64,000 bases of DNA from Patescibacteria group bacterium. Lineage in GTDB: Bacteria; Patescibacteriota; Patescibacteriia; 2-12-FULL-60-25. The stretch covers positions 135,719 through 199,718 of the forward strand of contig JBDSJN010000003.1 of assembly GCA_039917355.1 (NCBI GenBank), given 5' to 3'. The notes under the pieces were generated by a model. The model was not told where the DNA came from, did not search any database, and saw only the letters and a list, made by a program, of their open reading frames with translations. The stretch's first letter is position 1. The number at the start of each line of letters is the position of its first letter. Position numbers and translations under genes: made by a program. Positions 47,908 through 59,861 of this stretch are shown one piece after another.

Positions 47908-49874
47908 CCATCGATCCCCAAATATTTCTTGTACGCCTCCGCATTTGCAGGGCGCCCCAAAAACCGTTCAACAAGCTTACTCTCATCATCACTTCCACCT
48001 GGTTCGAGGATCGCCTGACGGTAATCAGCAGCTGTTTTTGCATTCAACATCCCCTCTTGTTTGAAGCGGCTGAGAAGATCGAATGCAATGGATCGCGCCC
48101 ATTGGTAGCCGTAATACGCGGCGTCGTAACCCACGAGGTGTCCAAAACTCGCCTGGAAGTGGGTTTCTGGGATACGCATGAACGGACTAAATTCCGGATG
48201 CAACTCCTCAAGAACGTCTGTCGTATTAAATCCTGGTTCTCGTGTGTGATACGTTTGGTCGAGCGTCGCGAGGAAGATCTGGCGATCCGTCCCGATCGCT
48301 TCACCGAATGTCCGTGCGGCTGCCATAGATGCGTAGAGTTCGTCAGGAAGCATCTCATCCGTCTTGTAGTGTCTTGCAAATAGCGCAAGCGTTTCTTTGT
48401 CCCACGCCCATTCTTCAAACATCTGCGATGGAGCTTCCACAAAATCTCGTGAGACACTCGTGCCTGCGAATGAGGTGAGCCGGCTTTTGCTGATCAATGC
48501 ATGGAGCAGGTGTCCGAATTCATGGAAGAACGTCACAACATCGTCATGGCTCAGTAGTGCTGGCGTTGCGCCAGGCTTTGGAAAGTTGCAGACAAGCGCG
48601 GCCATCGGAAGCTCGCGCGACCCATCAGGCAACGTCATCGTCTCGCGAAGCGGAAAGACAGCCGCATGCTTATATTTATTTTCGCGTGGATATAAATCGA
48701 GATACGCACGGCCAAGCGGTGAGCCGTCGTTATCTTTGACGAGGAAGACCTGGGCATCTTCGTGCCACTTCGCTGCATCAATCGGTTCGAAAGAAATGCC
48801 GTAGAGCTTTGAGCTGATGTCGAGAATGCCTTGCAATACGCGACGTACTTCGAAGTATTCGCTGAGTTTTTGCGAATCGAGATTGAATTGTTGGCTCGCG
48901 ACCTTGTCTTCGAGGTATGCGCTGTCTGAGCCAAAAATCGGCTGATCTGCGGCGATCCCAAGCGATGCAGCCATCTCTCGCATACGACGAAATTCCGTCT
49001 CTCGCGCAGGCTGGATGCCGCGATGAAGATCTTCCAAAAACGTTTTCACCACTGCACTCGACTTAGCCATACGAGGCTCAAGGACATAATCTGCCCACGT
49101 CGCATACCCAAGCAGCTTCGCTTTGTTGTTACGAAGTTCGATGAGCTGATCAAGTAACTTCAAATTCTTTTCCTTCGCTCGATTGAGGGCTTGCGTCTGG
49201 AGCGCCTTTGCCGCAACACGATCCTCCGCATAGCGCATGAATGGAATATAATCCGGATAGTTTGTAGTGATCGTCACCTTCCCGTTTTCTTTGACCGGGT
49301 GTGCGACGATATATGTTTCTGGAAGTCCCTTGAGTTGCGCTGGTTCAACTTCGATCGAAAGCGTCGCATCGGCAAGATTCTTTTCGAACGCTTGGCCAAG
49401 TGTCGTCATCTGTTCATTGAATTGCTTGAGCGTCTCACGTCCTGCCGTGTCTAGCATCAACCCATTGCGCTTGTAATCGCGTAATGTTTCATCAACAAAT
49501 TTTTGCTTGTCCGTTGGAAGTGCTTTCAAAAGAGGCGCGGCGCGTTTCAACACATCTGCAATCGCATCGTCAACGAACAATGCGGATGTAAACGTGTTCA
49601 CTTTTGGTTCGCACGCCATTGCGGCTGTTCGCACGGCTTCATCCGGATGGTTCATCATCATTGTCGCAGGGACGTAGATGGATTCCTGCACGGCTTTCGA
49701 AATCCCATCAAACGCACCAAACGTCGTATCCCATGTGAGTGATGCATCGTCCTTGTCGCGAAGGAACCGAATACCGCCAGCAAGGCGTGCTGCTTCTGCG
49801 AGGCCGCGGTCACAAAGAGAGGTAACCCCTTCTGCGGTCATTGCGACGGAAATGGGGTCTATGGAATATGACAT
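47904..49874 (-). CDS. M3 family metallopeptidase (oligopeptidase/Dcp-like)
   Basis: HEFGHLLH zinc motif and downstream E, about 650 aa. Confidence 0.8.
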   Translation of the reverse strand: MSYSIDPISVAMTAEGVTSLCDRGLAEAARLAGGIRFLRDKDDASLTWDTTFGAFDGISKAVQESIYVPATMMMNHPDEAVRTAAMACEPKVNTFTSALFVDDAIADVLKRAAPLLKALPTDKQKFVDETLRDYKRNGLMLDTAGRETLKQFNEQMTTLGQAFEKNLADATLSIEVEPAQLKGLPETYIVAHPVKENGKVTITTNYPDYIPFMRYAEDRVAAKALQTQALNRAKEKNLKLLDQLIELRNNKAKLLGYATWADYVLEPRMAKSSAVVKTFLEDLHRGIQPARETEFRRMREMAASLGIAADQPIFGSDSAYLEDKVASQQFNLDSQKLSEYFEVRRVLQGILDISSKLYGISFEPIDAAKWHEDAQVFLVKDNDGSPLGRAYLDLYPRENKYKHAAVFPLRETMTLPDGSRELPMAALVCNFPKPGATPALLSHDDVVTFFHEFGHLLHALISKSRLTSFAGTSVSRDFVEAPSQMFEEWAWDKETLALFARHYKTDEMLPDELYASMAAARTFGEAIGTDRQIFLATLDQTYHTREPGFNTTDVLEELHPEFSPFMRIPETHFQASFGHLVGYDAAYYGYQWARSIAFDLLSRFKQEGMLNAKTAADYRQAILEPGGSDDESKLVERFLGRPANAEAYKKYLGIDG

Positions 49875-49877
49875 AGG

Positions 49878-50636
49878 TTATTTTTTTCGTAGTCGATCAT
49901 TCATTACAACAAACGGAAACACGACAACGGCATTCCAAATCCGCTTCCAGCGCTTTGGTTCGTGGATAAGGCGCCAGAGCCATTCAAGGCCGAGTGAGCG
50001 GATCATGCTTGGCGGACGCTTTGAGGTCCCAGCCCAATAGTTGAATGTCCCCCCAACACCGACAACAAGCTTTACGCTTGGAAGCGCATCAGCATTTCGC
50101 GCAATCCAGGCTTCTTGCTTAGGATGCCCGTTTGCAACAAACAGAACATCCGGAGCTTGCATCGTGAGGCGCTGCACGGCTTCATCATTCGCTTCATCCC
50201 CTGTCCCATCCGGATTCACGCGTCCACCTGCTTCCGTAATGATCCGAAGTTTTGGATATTGCTTTCGCTTTTCCCAAGCCGCTTTGTCCCCTTCACCATC
50301 CTCACCTCCCAAGAAGGCCACAAGCCATCCTCGCGTCTCCGCTTCTTTGAGAAGGTTGTCGCAGAGATCAACGCCAGTCAGACGGGACGGCGAAGCTCCA
50401 AGTAGCCAGCCGACGAGTTTGAGTCCAACACCATCAACCAAGCGCAAATCCGCTTGGCGAAGAGTTTGCCAATACGTCGGGTTTCGTTTTGCTTCAAGCA
50501 GGATTTCTGGGTTTGCAGTCACAATCCAAAGACGCTCATTGTGTCCGACGGCCTGGTCGAGGCGTTCTTTGACCTTGCCCCAATCCAGCCCGTGGATGAC
50601 GAGCCCAAAACACTCAAAGGTGGAGGGAGATTGCAT
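49878..50636 (-). CDS. WecB/TagA/CpsF family glycosyltransferase
   Basis: N-terminal ...RLWIVTANPEILLEA... is typical of GT26. Confidence 0.75.
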   Translation of the reverse strand: MQSPSTFECFGLVIHGLDWGKVKERLDQAVGHNERLWIVTANPEILLEAKRNPTYWQTLRQADLRLVDGVGLKLVGWLLGASPSRLTGVDLCDNLLKEAETRGWLVAFLGGEDGEGDKAAWEKRKQYPKLRIITEAGGRVNPDGTGDEANDEAVQRLTMQAPDVLFVANGHPKQEAWIARNADALPSVKLVVGVGGTFNYWAGTSKRPPSMIRSLGLEWLWRLIHEPKRWKRIWNAVVVFPFVVMNDRLRKK

Positions 50637-50654
50637 ATCCGAATGATCGCCATC

Positions 50655-51188
50655 TTAGCACAACGGAAAGATGTTTAAGTCCGTATATTTTGACCCATGT
50701 TGCCCCGCGTCGCTCATGATGAGGGAGAGCTCCGTTGGCTTCCATGCGATATGTTTGATGGGATGTTCCCATGTCGGCAATGGGCTGTGTGACCGTGCGA
50801 CTGTCACATGTGGGATCCAGGGCTTGCGGTCAACGTGAGGCGCGGCAACGGAGACCATATCACGCATCTTTTCGACGAACGGTTTCCAGGGCACGGCATG
50901 TTCTCGATTGATATTTGCGATGACGAACGAAGGCTTTTTGCGAGGGAATGTCTCAAATCCTTCTACAGAAAACGACCCTCTTGGGGGTCGTTCTGTGGCA
51001 CGGGCGATAAGAGCCGAAAGAATTTCCAAGTTCTGTTTGTCGACTTCTCCGAGAAACGCCATCGTCATATGCCAGTTTGCGATGGGCTCATTCCTGAGAC
51101 CGTGCGGGCGATCAGAGAGCGTTTTCCAGAGATCCGAGAGATGATCACGGATTTCTTGAGGAACGCGGATTCCGATGAACAGCCGCAT
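50655..51188 (-). CDS. thpR: RNA 2',3'-cyclic phosphodiesterase (2H family)
   Basis: Two HxT/S motifs: HMTMAF and HVTVAR. Confidence 0.75.
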   Translation of the reverse strand: MRLFIGIRVPQEIRDHLSDLWKTLSDRPHGLRNEPIANWHMTMAFLGEVDKQNLEILSALIARATERPPRGSFSVEGFETFPRKKPSFVIANINREHAVPWKPFVEKMRDMVSVAAPHVDRKPWIPHVTVARSHSPLPTWEHPIKHIAWKPTELSLIMSDAGQHGSKYTDLNIFPLC

Positions 51189-51200
51189 GTGTTGGATCTA

Positions 51201-51671
51201 TTATAGCGGATTTTTGTCGTGAGGGAGATTCGCGGCGTCAAGGGTCGGGATGCGGCGCGAGACGTGTACACGGCGAGCGACCCGTCCACGTGCCAATTCG
51301 CGCTCCATAGCCGCTGCAGCTGCAGCGTACGCGTTATCGTCCGTCCGTGCGACGTTCTTCATCACTTCAGTCGCGCGTTCTGTCGCAGCTTCAATGACAG
51401 AGATATCGAGTTCCGTCCCGCGTTCTGCCGTATCTGCAAGGACGCGGACACTGTTCCCTTCCCCGATCTCGATAAACCCACCAGACACCGCCACATCTTC
51501 CTCAACCCCGCCAACGACGAGCGTCGCGACTCCTGCCACAAGTCGCGCAACAAGCGGGACGTGGTTCGGAAGTACCGTAATCTCGCCCTCAGCCGTTGGG
51601 AGCGTGACGCGATCCGCATCTGTCTTGAAGACGATGCGTTCCGGTGTGACGAGTTCAAAGTGGAGCGGCAT
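51201..51671 (-). CDS. atpC: ATP synthase F1 epsilon subunit
   Basis: Last gene of the atp operon. N-terminal beta-sandwich signature MPLHFELVTPER. Confidence 0.85.
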   Translation of the reverse strand: MPLHFELVTPERIVFKTDADRVTLPTAEGEITVLPNHVPLVARLVAGVATLVVGGVEEDVAVSGGFIEIGEGNSVRVLADTAERGTELDISVIEAATERATEVMKNVARTDDNAYAAAAAAMERELARGRVARRVHVSRRIPTLDAANLPHDKNPL

Positions 51672-51674
51672 GGG

Positions 51675-53069
<1,395 letters not shown>

Positions 53070-53105
53070 TCAGGACGGCTATTGATGGATGGGTTTGTTA
53101 TATCT

Positions 53106-54050
53106 TTACTCAATAGCCGCTTTACCCGCAGAGATTTCTGAAATTTCTCGTGTGATTCCCGCTTGGCGGGCTTGGTTAAAGGTGAGAGTCAAATCTTGCA
53201 ACATGTCAGAGGCGTTATCCGTGGCGTTTCGCATTGCGAGCATCCGAGCGGAGTGTTCTGAGGCGGATGATTCGAGGAGCGCCTGGTAGACCTGGGTCTC
53301 GAGAAGCCGCGGGAGCAACGCGTCGAGGACTTTTTCTGGATTCGGTTCAAACAGCACAGGCGATTCATTGAGCTCTTCTTCTGCTGTATTTCTTTTGAAG
53401 TATCCTTCTTCCTCATCCCTTTCTTCTTCCATCGGTTCTTGCATCAGTTCTTGTCCTACCAGTTCCGCTTCCGGGATGATCGGCAGGAGCTGCATCGTGT
53501 TTGGGATTTGCGAGACCGGACTCTTGAAGTCGGTGTAAACCATGAACACCCGGTCGACATTCCCTTTGATGAACTCGTTGTAGATAAATTCTCCAATCGG
53601 CTGCGTGCGTTCGAAGTTCGGGGCGTTGGAGATTGCATCAAACGCCGCAACGATCTTGTAGCCAGCGCGACGGACAGATGCTTCTGCGCGACGGCCAACG
53701 GTCACAACGCGGATGTCGTGTTCCTGGCGGCTGCGCAAAAACTCCATTGTTTTTTTGAGCACCTGGCTGTTAAACCCCCCGCACAGCCCGCGGTCTGACG
53801 CGGCCACGACCACGAGACTCGCTTTCGCTTCTGGACGTCCCGCGAGGAGTGGGTGGCTCGCTGGATCAATCAGTCTGCGCACATCCGCAACCATCGCCTC
53901 AAGTGACGTCGAATACGGACGAGAAGCTTGCGTCAATTGCACCGTACGGCGCATTTTCGAAGCAGCCACAAGCTCCATCGCTTTGGTGATCTTGCGAGTG
54001 TTGGCGACGGACTTGATACGCCGTCGAATGAGTCGTGGAGAAAGCGCCAT
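53106..54050 (-). CDS. atpG: ATP synthase F1 gamma subunit
   Basis: N-terminal IRRRIKSVANTRKITKAMELVAASKMRR. Confidence 0.9.
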   Translation of the reverse strand: MALSPRLIRRRIKSVANTRKITKAMELVAASKMRRTVQLTQASRPYSTSLEAMVADVRRLIDPASHPLLAGRPEAKASLVVVAASDRGLCGGFNSQVLKKTMEFLRSRQEHDIRVVTVGRRAEASVRRAGYKIVAAFDAISNAPNFERTQPIGEFIYNEFIKGNVDRVFMVYTDFKSPVSQIPNTMQLLPIIPEAELVGQELMQEPMEEERDEEEGYFKRNTAEEELNESPVLFEPNPEKVLDALLPRLLETQVYQALLESSASEHSARMLAMRNATDNASDMLQDLTLTFNQARQAGITREISEISAGKAAIE

Positions 54051-54058
54051 GGCAGTAA

Positions 54059-55591
54059 TTACATTGCGGAGAACGTGTCGTTCCAGGATTTGATCGCCGT
54101 TTTCATCCCCTCTTCGATTTCTGGTTCGAGGGCTTTTTTATCGGCAAGCATCGTCATCATATCGCTAGCCTGCTCATCGAGGTAGCTATGCAACCCACGC
54201 TCCCAATCTTTGATCTTGTCGACAGCAATCCCGTCGGCATGTCCTTTTGTGACCGCGTAAATGACGACAACTTGGTGCGCCATCGACATTGGTTCGTATT
54301 GTCCTTGTTTCAAAATTTCGACCGTGCGGCGACCGCGTTCAATCTGCTTGCGCGTCGTTTCGTCGAGGTCCGTCGCAAATTGCGAGAACGCTTCGAGCTC
54401 ACGGAACTGCGCGAGGTCAAGACGGAGCTGCCCAGCAACTTTCTTCATCGCTTTTGTTTGCGCGGATCCACCAACACGAGAGACGGAGAGACCGACGTTC
54501 ACGGCAGGACGGACGCCCTTGAAGAACAGATCAGATTCCAAAAAGATTTGTCCATCCGTGATCGAAATCACGTTCGTTGGGATGTACGCCGAGATATCAC
54601 CGGCTTGTGTTTCGATAATTGGGAGCGCCGTGATCGAACCGCCGCCGTTTTCTTTGTTCAAACGACACGCGCGTTCGAGCAAACGGGAGTGGAGATAAAA
54701 CACGTCACCCGGATATGCTTCACGTCCTGGTGGGCGACGGAGCAAGAGGGAGACTTCCCGGTAGGCAGAAGCGTGCTTTGAAAGGTCATCGTAAATAACG
54801 AGGACGTCTTCGCCCTTCGCGAGGAAGAATTCAGCGATCGCAACGCCGGCGTACGGAGCAATGTATTGGAGGGAAGCTGGATCGGACGCACCAGCAAGAA
54901 CGATCGTCGTATATTCCATGGCACCTGCTTCTTGGAGACGGGCGACGATTTTTGCAAGCTTCGATTCCTTTTGACCGATTGCGACGTAGACGCATTTCAC
55001 GTCTTGCCCCTTCTGGTTGATGATCGCGTCGATCGCGATTGCTGTCTTCCCCGTTTGACGGTCACCAATGATAAGTTCACGTTGACCACGACCAATCGGG
55101 ATCATCGCGTCGATCGCTTTGATGCCCGTCATCATTGGTTGGTTCACCGGTTCGCGCGTCATGACACCTGGTGCCACGCGTTCGATCGGCATCACTTCTT
55201 TGACCTTGATGTCGCCTTTTCCATCAACCGGCTTCCCAAGCGGATCAACGACACGTCCGATAATCGCCTCAGACACGCCGAGTGAGAGCGTCTTCCCTGT
55301 TGCTTCAACGGCTTGCCCAGCTTTGACGTTCTTTGGATCTCCCAAGATCATCGCACCGACGAAATCTTGTGCAAGGTTGAGCACCACGCCCTCTTCACCG
55401 CTCTCGAAGCGGATCATTTCCATCGCGCCCACATGGGCGAGTCCGGTGATCGAGGCAATGCCGTCGCCCGTATCACGCACCACACCAGCCTCCGTTGCCT
55501 GGCTCGAGGCATCGAAGTTCTTGATCTGTTGTTTGAGACGATCCGCAATCTGTGCGGCGGCCGTCACGTTTTTGAGTTTGGGTTCTGACAT
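54059..55591 (-). CDS. atpA: ATP synthase F1 alpha subunit
   Basis: GDRQTGKT Walker A, about 510 aa. Confidence 0.95.
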   Translation of the reverse strand: MSEPKLKNVTAAAQIADRLKQQIKNFDASSQATEAGVVRDTGDGIASITGLAHVGAMEMIRFESGEEGVVLNLAQDFVGAMILGDPKNVKAGQAVEATGKTLSLGVSEAIIGRVVDPLGKPVDGKGDIKVKEVMPIERVAPGVMTREPVNQPMMTGIKAIDAMIPIGRGQRELIIGDRQTGKTAIAIDAIINQKGQDVKCVYVAIGQKESKLAKIVARLQEAGAMEYTTIVLAGASDPASLQYIAPYAGVAIAEFFLAKGEDVLVIYDDLSKHASAYREVSLLLRRPPGREAYPGDVFYLHSRLLERACRLNKENGGGSITALPIIETQAGDISAYIPTNVISITDGQIFLESDLFFKGVRPAVNVGLSVSRVGGSAQTKAMKKVAGQLRLDLAQFRELEAFSQFATDLDETTRKQIERGRRTVEILKQGQYEPMSMAHQVVVIYAVTKGHADGIAVDKIKDWERGLHSYLDEQASDMMTMLADKKALEPEIEEGMKTAIKSWNDTFSAM

Positions 55592-55594
55592 ATA

Positions 55595-56092
55595 TTAGGC
55601 GGTGAGTGTATGGGTGAGGCGTGCGAGCTTTCCTTTGATGCTGGCGTCGACGTGCCAATCTGCGATCGAGATGACGAGTCCGCCGAGGAGGCTTGGATCA
55701 ATCCGTTCTTCCAGCGTATGCGTCCCTCCGAATTTCTTTGTGATCAGTTTTGCAACCTGTTTCCGTTCGTCGTCCGTGAGTTCGATCGGAGAAGTCACTC
55801 GCACGTTCCGGTGGTCCGCATTCGTTTGAGCCGCGCCGAGGACGAGTGTAAGGAATCGTGGGAGCTCGTCCAGCATGTCGTGTTCAAGGAGCATCAGCAT
55901 CGCATGCTGGACATAGGGATGGAGCTCGCCTTTCTGCGCGGCCTTTGTCCACGTTGCCCGGTCCTGTGTGACGACTTCTTTGAGATCGTTCACGACGCGG
56001 TGGACGACATCTTCGTCCTTGGCTGCCCCGACAAGGGCATTGGCAACATCAGAGAGTAAACGGGAAACAGCCATAGGATTAGGCGTTTTCAA
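55595..56092 (-). CDS. atpH: ATP synthase F1 delta subunit
   Basis: Operon position and OSCP-like composition. Confidence 0.75.
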   Translation of the reverse strand: MKTPNPMAVSRLLSDVANALVGAAKDEDVVHRVVNDLKEVVTQDRATWTKAAQKGELHPYVQHAMLMLLEHDMLDELPRFLTLVLGAAQTNADHRNVRVTSPIELTDDERKQVAKLITKKFGGTHTLEERIDPSLLGGLVISIADWHVDASIKGKLARLTHTLTA

Positions 56093-56630
56093 TATCCTTC
56101 AACGCACTGGCGATCATGCCGCGCTGTGCTTTTTCATCCATTGAAGACGCGACTTTTGCGGTTGCCATCGTGACGAGTTCTGCGATCTCACCCTTCAATG
56201 CGGCGAATGAAGCTTCGCGCTCCATCTTAATTTGTTGTTTTGCCTCAACAATAACTTTTTCAATTTCCGTTTTGGCTTGCACCATCTTTTCTCCACGAAG
56301 TTTCTCCGCATCAGCGGTCGCCTTCTCTGTCAGTTTATGTGCTTCTGCCTTTGCTTCACGAAGGATTTGGTCACGTTCAACTTCGGCATCGTTCAATGCT
56401 TTCTTCGATTCTTTGGCAAACACCAACCCATCGCTGATCTTTTTGGAGCGTTCGTCCATCTTGGCAAGGAGGGGCTTGTAGACCCAGCGCCACAATACGA
56501 TCAGGATGATCGCAAAGTTGATGAGTTGCGCGATCAAGAGCTGGCCATTAATGCCAAGCGTCCCGAGCACGCCAACGACACCGGATTCGTGGGCGGTTTC
56601 TGTTTGGAGGGGTTGTGTTTCAGCTGCCAT
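56079..56630 (-). CDS. atpF: ATP synthase Fo b subunit
   Basis: Single N-terminal TM helix plus a long charged helix. Confidence 0.75.
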   Translation of the reverse strand: MAAETQPLQTETAHESGVVGVLGTLGINGQLLIAQLINFAIILIVLWRWVYKPLLAKMDERSKKISDGLVFAKESKKALNDAEVERDQILREAKAEAHKLTEKATADAEKLRGEKMVQAKTEIEKVIVEAKQQIKMEREASFAALKGEIAELVTMATAKVASSMDEKAQRGMIASALKDIENA

Positions 56631-56697
56631 AGATAGGGTTGGAGAGTAGGGCTCTCATTCCCCCACCTCTCGCTGTGAGAGATGGGATCGGAAAGTC

Positions 56698-56916
56698 TTA
56701 CAGTGTGAAGACGACGACCAGCGCGTAAATAGCGATGGCTTCTGCGAACGCGGCGCCGAGAAGCATCGGGACGAACAACTTGCCGGCAGATTCCGGGTTG
56801 CGGCCGATGGCTTCCATAGCTTTCGACACGATTTTGCCGACGGCGAGGGCTGGCATCATGCCGCCGATCGCGATGGTGAGACCCTTTGTGAGAAGGGCGA
56901 TCGATTCTGGGGTCAT
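56698..56916 (-). CDS. atpE: ATP synthase Fo c subunit
   Basis: Hairpin of two TM helices, with the GxGxGxG and conserved Glu region. Confidence 0.85.
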   Translation of the reverse strand: MTPESIALLTKGLTIAIGGMMPALAVGKIVSKAMEAIGRNPESAGKLFVPMLLGAAFAEAIAIYALVVVFTL

Positions 56917-57030
56917 TGGAGTGACACGATTCCGTCGACGGGGAAATGGGTGGATTTACCGTCGCGTCCTACGTGGCATTAAGAGTGAATTGGCACGCCG
57001 TCTCACTTGAGGCGGGGTCCCCTCTCATTC

Positions 57031-57867
57031 CTAATGGGCGTGGGCTTCTGCATGTTTCTCCTCATGATGTTCTTCGTCCCCGTGTGGCGCACTCGACGCG
57101 ACGGTCAGGTACACGAGCGTGAGGAGCGCGAACACAGTGGCTTGGACAATCCCAACGATGAATTCAAGTGCAATGAATGGAAGCGGCAAGCCGTACGCAA
57201 ACAATCCAGCGATAACAGTCATCAATACTTCTCCTGCAAAGATGTTGCCGAAGAGACGCAACGAAAGCGAGACGATCTTCGCAACTTCCGAGAAGAGTTC
57301 AATGATCCCGACGACAAACTCAACAAGCGCCGTCAAGATCTTAATGACATTGAGCGTTTTGAGCGCCTTCCAGATTGTCCCAAGTTGGATAAACTTGTTC
57401 CAATGCGTAAAGAAACCGATCGTAAACATTCCGAGCAAGTGCGAACCGATGACCGATAAGAGCGCGATAGCGACAGTGAGGTTCAGGTCGCTCGTCGCAG
57501 GACGCAGGATCGGGATGAGCTCAAGATGACCTTCATGCATCAACCACAACCCAATTGAGCCGGTGCCAGGAAGCTGCCCCAACCAGTTTGAGAGGAGGAT
57601 GAAAAGGAAAACGGTGCCGACAAATGGCAAAAACTTTTTGGATTTTTCGCGGTCGTTTGTCACTTGGTCAAAATAGCCAAGGAGCGCTTCAAAAATAGAT
57701 TCGACGAAGTTTTGGAGACGGCCAGGGACATCGCTGATCGAAATTTTTACAAAAAAAGCCACGACGACAAAAATCACCAACGCAATCGTCGAGTTGACGT
57801 ACGCGTTCGTCACCGGGAATGACCCGATGTGGAAAAGTGTTTCAGCTGCGAGTGGTGGCAAGGTCAT
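57031..57867 (-). CDS. atpB: ATP synthase Fo a subunit with His-rich C-terminal tail
   Basis: Multi-TM protein with a conserved Arg in the penultimate helix. C-terminus HGDEEHHEEKHAEAHAH. Internal Met start avoids overlap with atpI. Confidence 0.85.
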   Translation of the reverse strand: MTLPPLAAETLFHIGSFPVTNAYVNSTIALVIFVVVAFFVKISISDVPGRLQNFVESIFEALLGYFDQVTNDREKSKKFLPFVGTVFLFILLSNWLGQLPGTGSIGLWLMHEGHLELIPILRPATSDLNLTVAIALLSVIGSHLLGMFTIGFFTHWNKFIQLGTIWKALKTLNVIKILTALVEFVVGIIELFSEVAKIVSLSLRLFGNIFAGEVLMTVIAGLFAYGLPLPFIALEFIVGIVQATVFALLTLVYLTVASSAPHGDEEHHEEKHAEAHAH

Positions 57868-57871
57868 GTGA

Positions 57872-58108
57872 TCAAAGTCGTTTGGCAATTTCTTTCCCTC
57901 GTTTCATGACAAGGACAGCAATCACGACAAGCGTAAAAAGCAATCCAATCCCGAGAAACAACGGTGTTGTATGAAAGTGACGGTCCAGCCATCGTCCAAT
58001 TAGGGCGAAGAACAGCGTAGGGACAACCACCATCACAACCACTTCCCAGACGATCCCAAGGGCTTCTGCCATGGTCGGACCCTTCTTCGGAAGCGGGTTT
58101 TCAGCCAT
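57872..58108 (-). CDS. ATP synthase protein I-like small membrane protein
   Basis: 78 aa with two TM helices, immediately upstream of atpB. Confidence 0.5.
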   Translation of the reverse strand: MAENPLPKKGPTMAEALGIVWEVVVMVVVPTLFFALIGRWLDRHFHTTPLFLGIGLLFTLVVIAVLVMKRGKEIAKRL

Positions 58109-58172
58109 AAAAAGACGCGGAAAGTTTACCTGCTTTTTGAAAATAGGTCAATACAGGGCAAAAAACGCGTTG

Positions 58173-59024
58173 CTAGAACGTAGCGTCAATCGTCTGCGTC
58201 CGGGCTTTTTCGTTTTCTATGGAGTACGCCCCGATATTCGTCACACTCTGGCCAAACAAGTAGTTTGAGTAAAAGGCATCAGAGATGTCATCTACCTTGG
58301 TGTTCCAATTTGCACCGTAGAAGCTAATCGCAATTTCTTCTGTTGCCTGACGAAGGATTCCGCCTTGCGCAACAACATACGTTGCGGGAGACGTGACGAA
58401 TTTCACCAGTTTGATGCCGGGGCGGTAGGTAACGTTTTTCCCGAGTGGCATATTCGCCAATTCGATTGCCGAAACAACTTGTACGCCATCAAAATTTGCG
58501 TACCACGTATCAAATACTCTCTGATTTGAGAATGCGTGCCGTTTACAATCTTTGCCGTAATAGTAAACCGTAGAATCGATCTGAGTCATCACGTCTTGGT
58601 CGTCTGGAAGTTTGACGAGGCGGCCTGGTGTATATGGGCAGTTCGGGGCGACGAAGCTGATTACCGGCTGTTGGATCAGAACACTGCCGTTTACAAGCGC
58701 ATAGATGGCATACGAGCCTTCAATCGTGGATTTAAGTGTGAATGTTGCCTTTCCCGCGGCGTCCGCGATGAGCGCGGGGCTGACTCTGACGCTTCCCGCC
58801 TGCGCAGGTTCAACCTCTATCATGGCTCCTGACATTGGTTGATCCAATTCGTTCCTCGCATAGACCTCTACGGCGATCTCTTGCTGACCGTCTGCGACGA
58901 CGGACTGCTGGAGTAGCGTTACCGTGGACTTGCTCAACGAAAGCATAGGCCCGCTCGCGAAGACGGGGAGAGCCGAACAAAGAAGTCCCGCAACAACAGC
59001 AGATACGCGAAAAAAGTGTTTCAT
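58173..59024 (-). CDS. hypothetical secreted protein
   Basis: Signal peptide and a beta-rich composition. Confidence 0.5.
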   Translation of the reverse strand: MKHFFRVSAVVAGLLCSALPVFASGPMLSLSKSTVTLLQQSVVADGQQEIAVEVYARNELDQPMSGAMIEVEPAQAGSVRVSPALIADAAGKATFTLKSTIEGSYAIYALVNGSVLIQQPVISFVAPNCPYTPGRLVKLPDDQDVMTQIDSTVYYYGKDCKRHAFSNQRVFDTWYANFDGVQVVSAIELANMPLGKNVTYRPGIKLVKFVTSPATYVVAQGGILRQATEEIAISFYGANWNTKVDDISDAFYSNYLFGQSVTNIGAYSIENEKARTQTIDATF

Positions 59025-59039
59025 ATTACTGAAAGTATA

Positions 59040-59858
59040 TCATGGCATGCCTGTGCCTGAATTTATCAAAATGATTTTCGCCTTCTTTGGAAACGTAATG
59101 TACGAGAAAACTGAAAACACAATCGCGCTAGATGGTTCGCAATGAAGATGCTTTTTTGCAATCGCGTAGCTCTTCTTGATTTCATGTTCCGTAGCTCTAA
59201 ACAGGCGATGCCGAGATTGTGTCAGTTTTTCGATTCGTGCAATATATGGTGTCCAAACAGTACTAAGTCTACTTGCTCGTGATGGGTAGTCAGCGGGTGC
59301 GATGCCGATCAAGATCGTCCGTAAGCCATATTTTCGTATTCCATCTGCAATTCCAACAAACGCCTCTCCACTTCCAACAGGGCAGACAATGTAATCAGGT
59401 TTGGTCGATTTGAGCTCTGCGACGAGGCTGTGGTATGCACGCTCAAATCCATTCGTCGCATCCAAAATTCTTTCATTTGGAGTGTCGCGCGCCATTGCAA
59501 GTAACTCCTTCGTAGAAAAAACGTGCCTGGAAAGTTCGCATCGGACCAGGAGGCTGCAGGCATGTTGGAGTTTGAGAAACTCGGGCCTGGGTAAGCGCGA
59601 GTCCAAAACAGCAACGACTTGTATATGAGCTTTGTCCGCAAATTTTGCCAACGAGTATCCGGCGTTTCCCGCAGTGAGGATAACGAGCTTCTTGATTCCT
59701 TTTCGTTGTGCTTCTGAGACCACAAGCCGCGACTTCCTGTCTTTCCATGTTCCGTATAGCTGCCTGGATTCATCTTTGATAAACAGTTTCGGCAGGCCGA
59801 ATCGTTTACGAAGAGCCGATATTTTTAGAAGCGGGGTCTTTTTTTGAGTGGCCCTCAT
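59040..59858 (-). CDS. PLP-dependent enzyme, fold type II (Trp-synthase beta superfamily)
   Basis: KDESRQ...GTWKDRKS PLP-lysine motif and a glycine-rich loop. Confidence 0.6.
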   Translation of the reverse strand: MRATQKKTPLLKISALRKRFGLPKLFIKDESRQLYGTWKDRKSRLVVSEAQRKGIKKLVILTAGNAGYSLAKFADKAHIQVVAVLDSRLPRPEFLKLQHACSLLVRCELSRHVFSTKELLAMARDTPNERILDATNGFERAYHSLVAELKSTKPDYIVCPVGSGEAFVGIADGIRKYGLRTILIGIAPADYPSRASRLSTVWTPYIARIEKLTQSRHRLFRATEHEIKKSYAIAKKHLHCEPSSAIVFSVFSYITFPKKAKIILINSGTGMP

Positions 59859-59861
59859 ACA

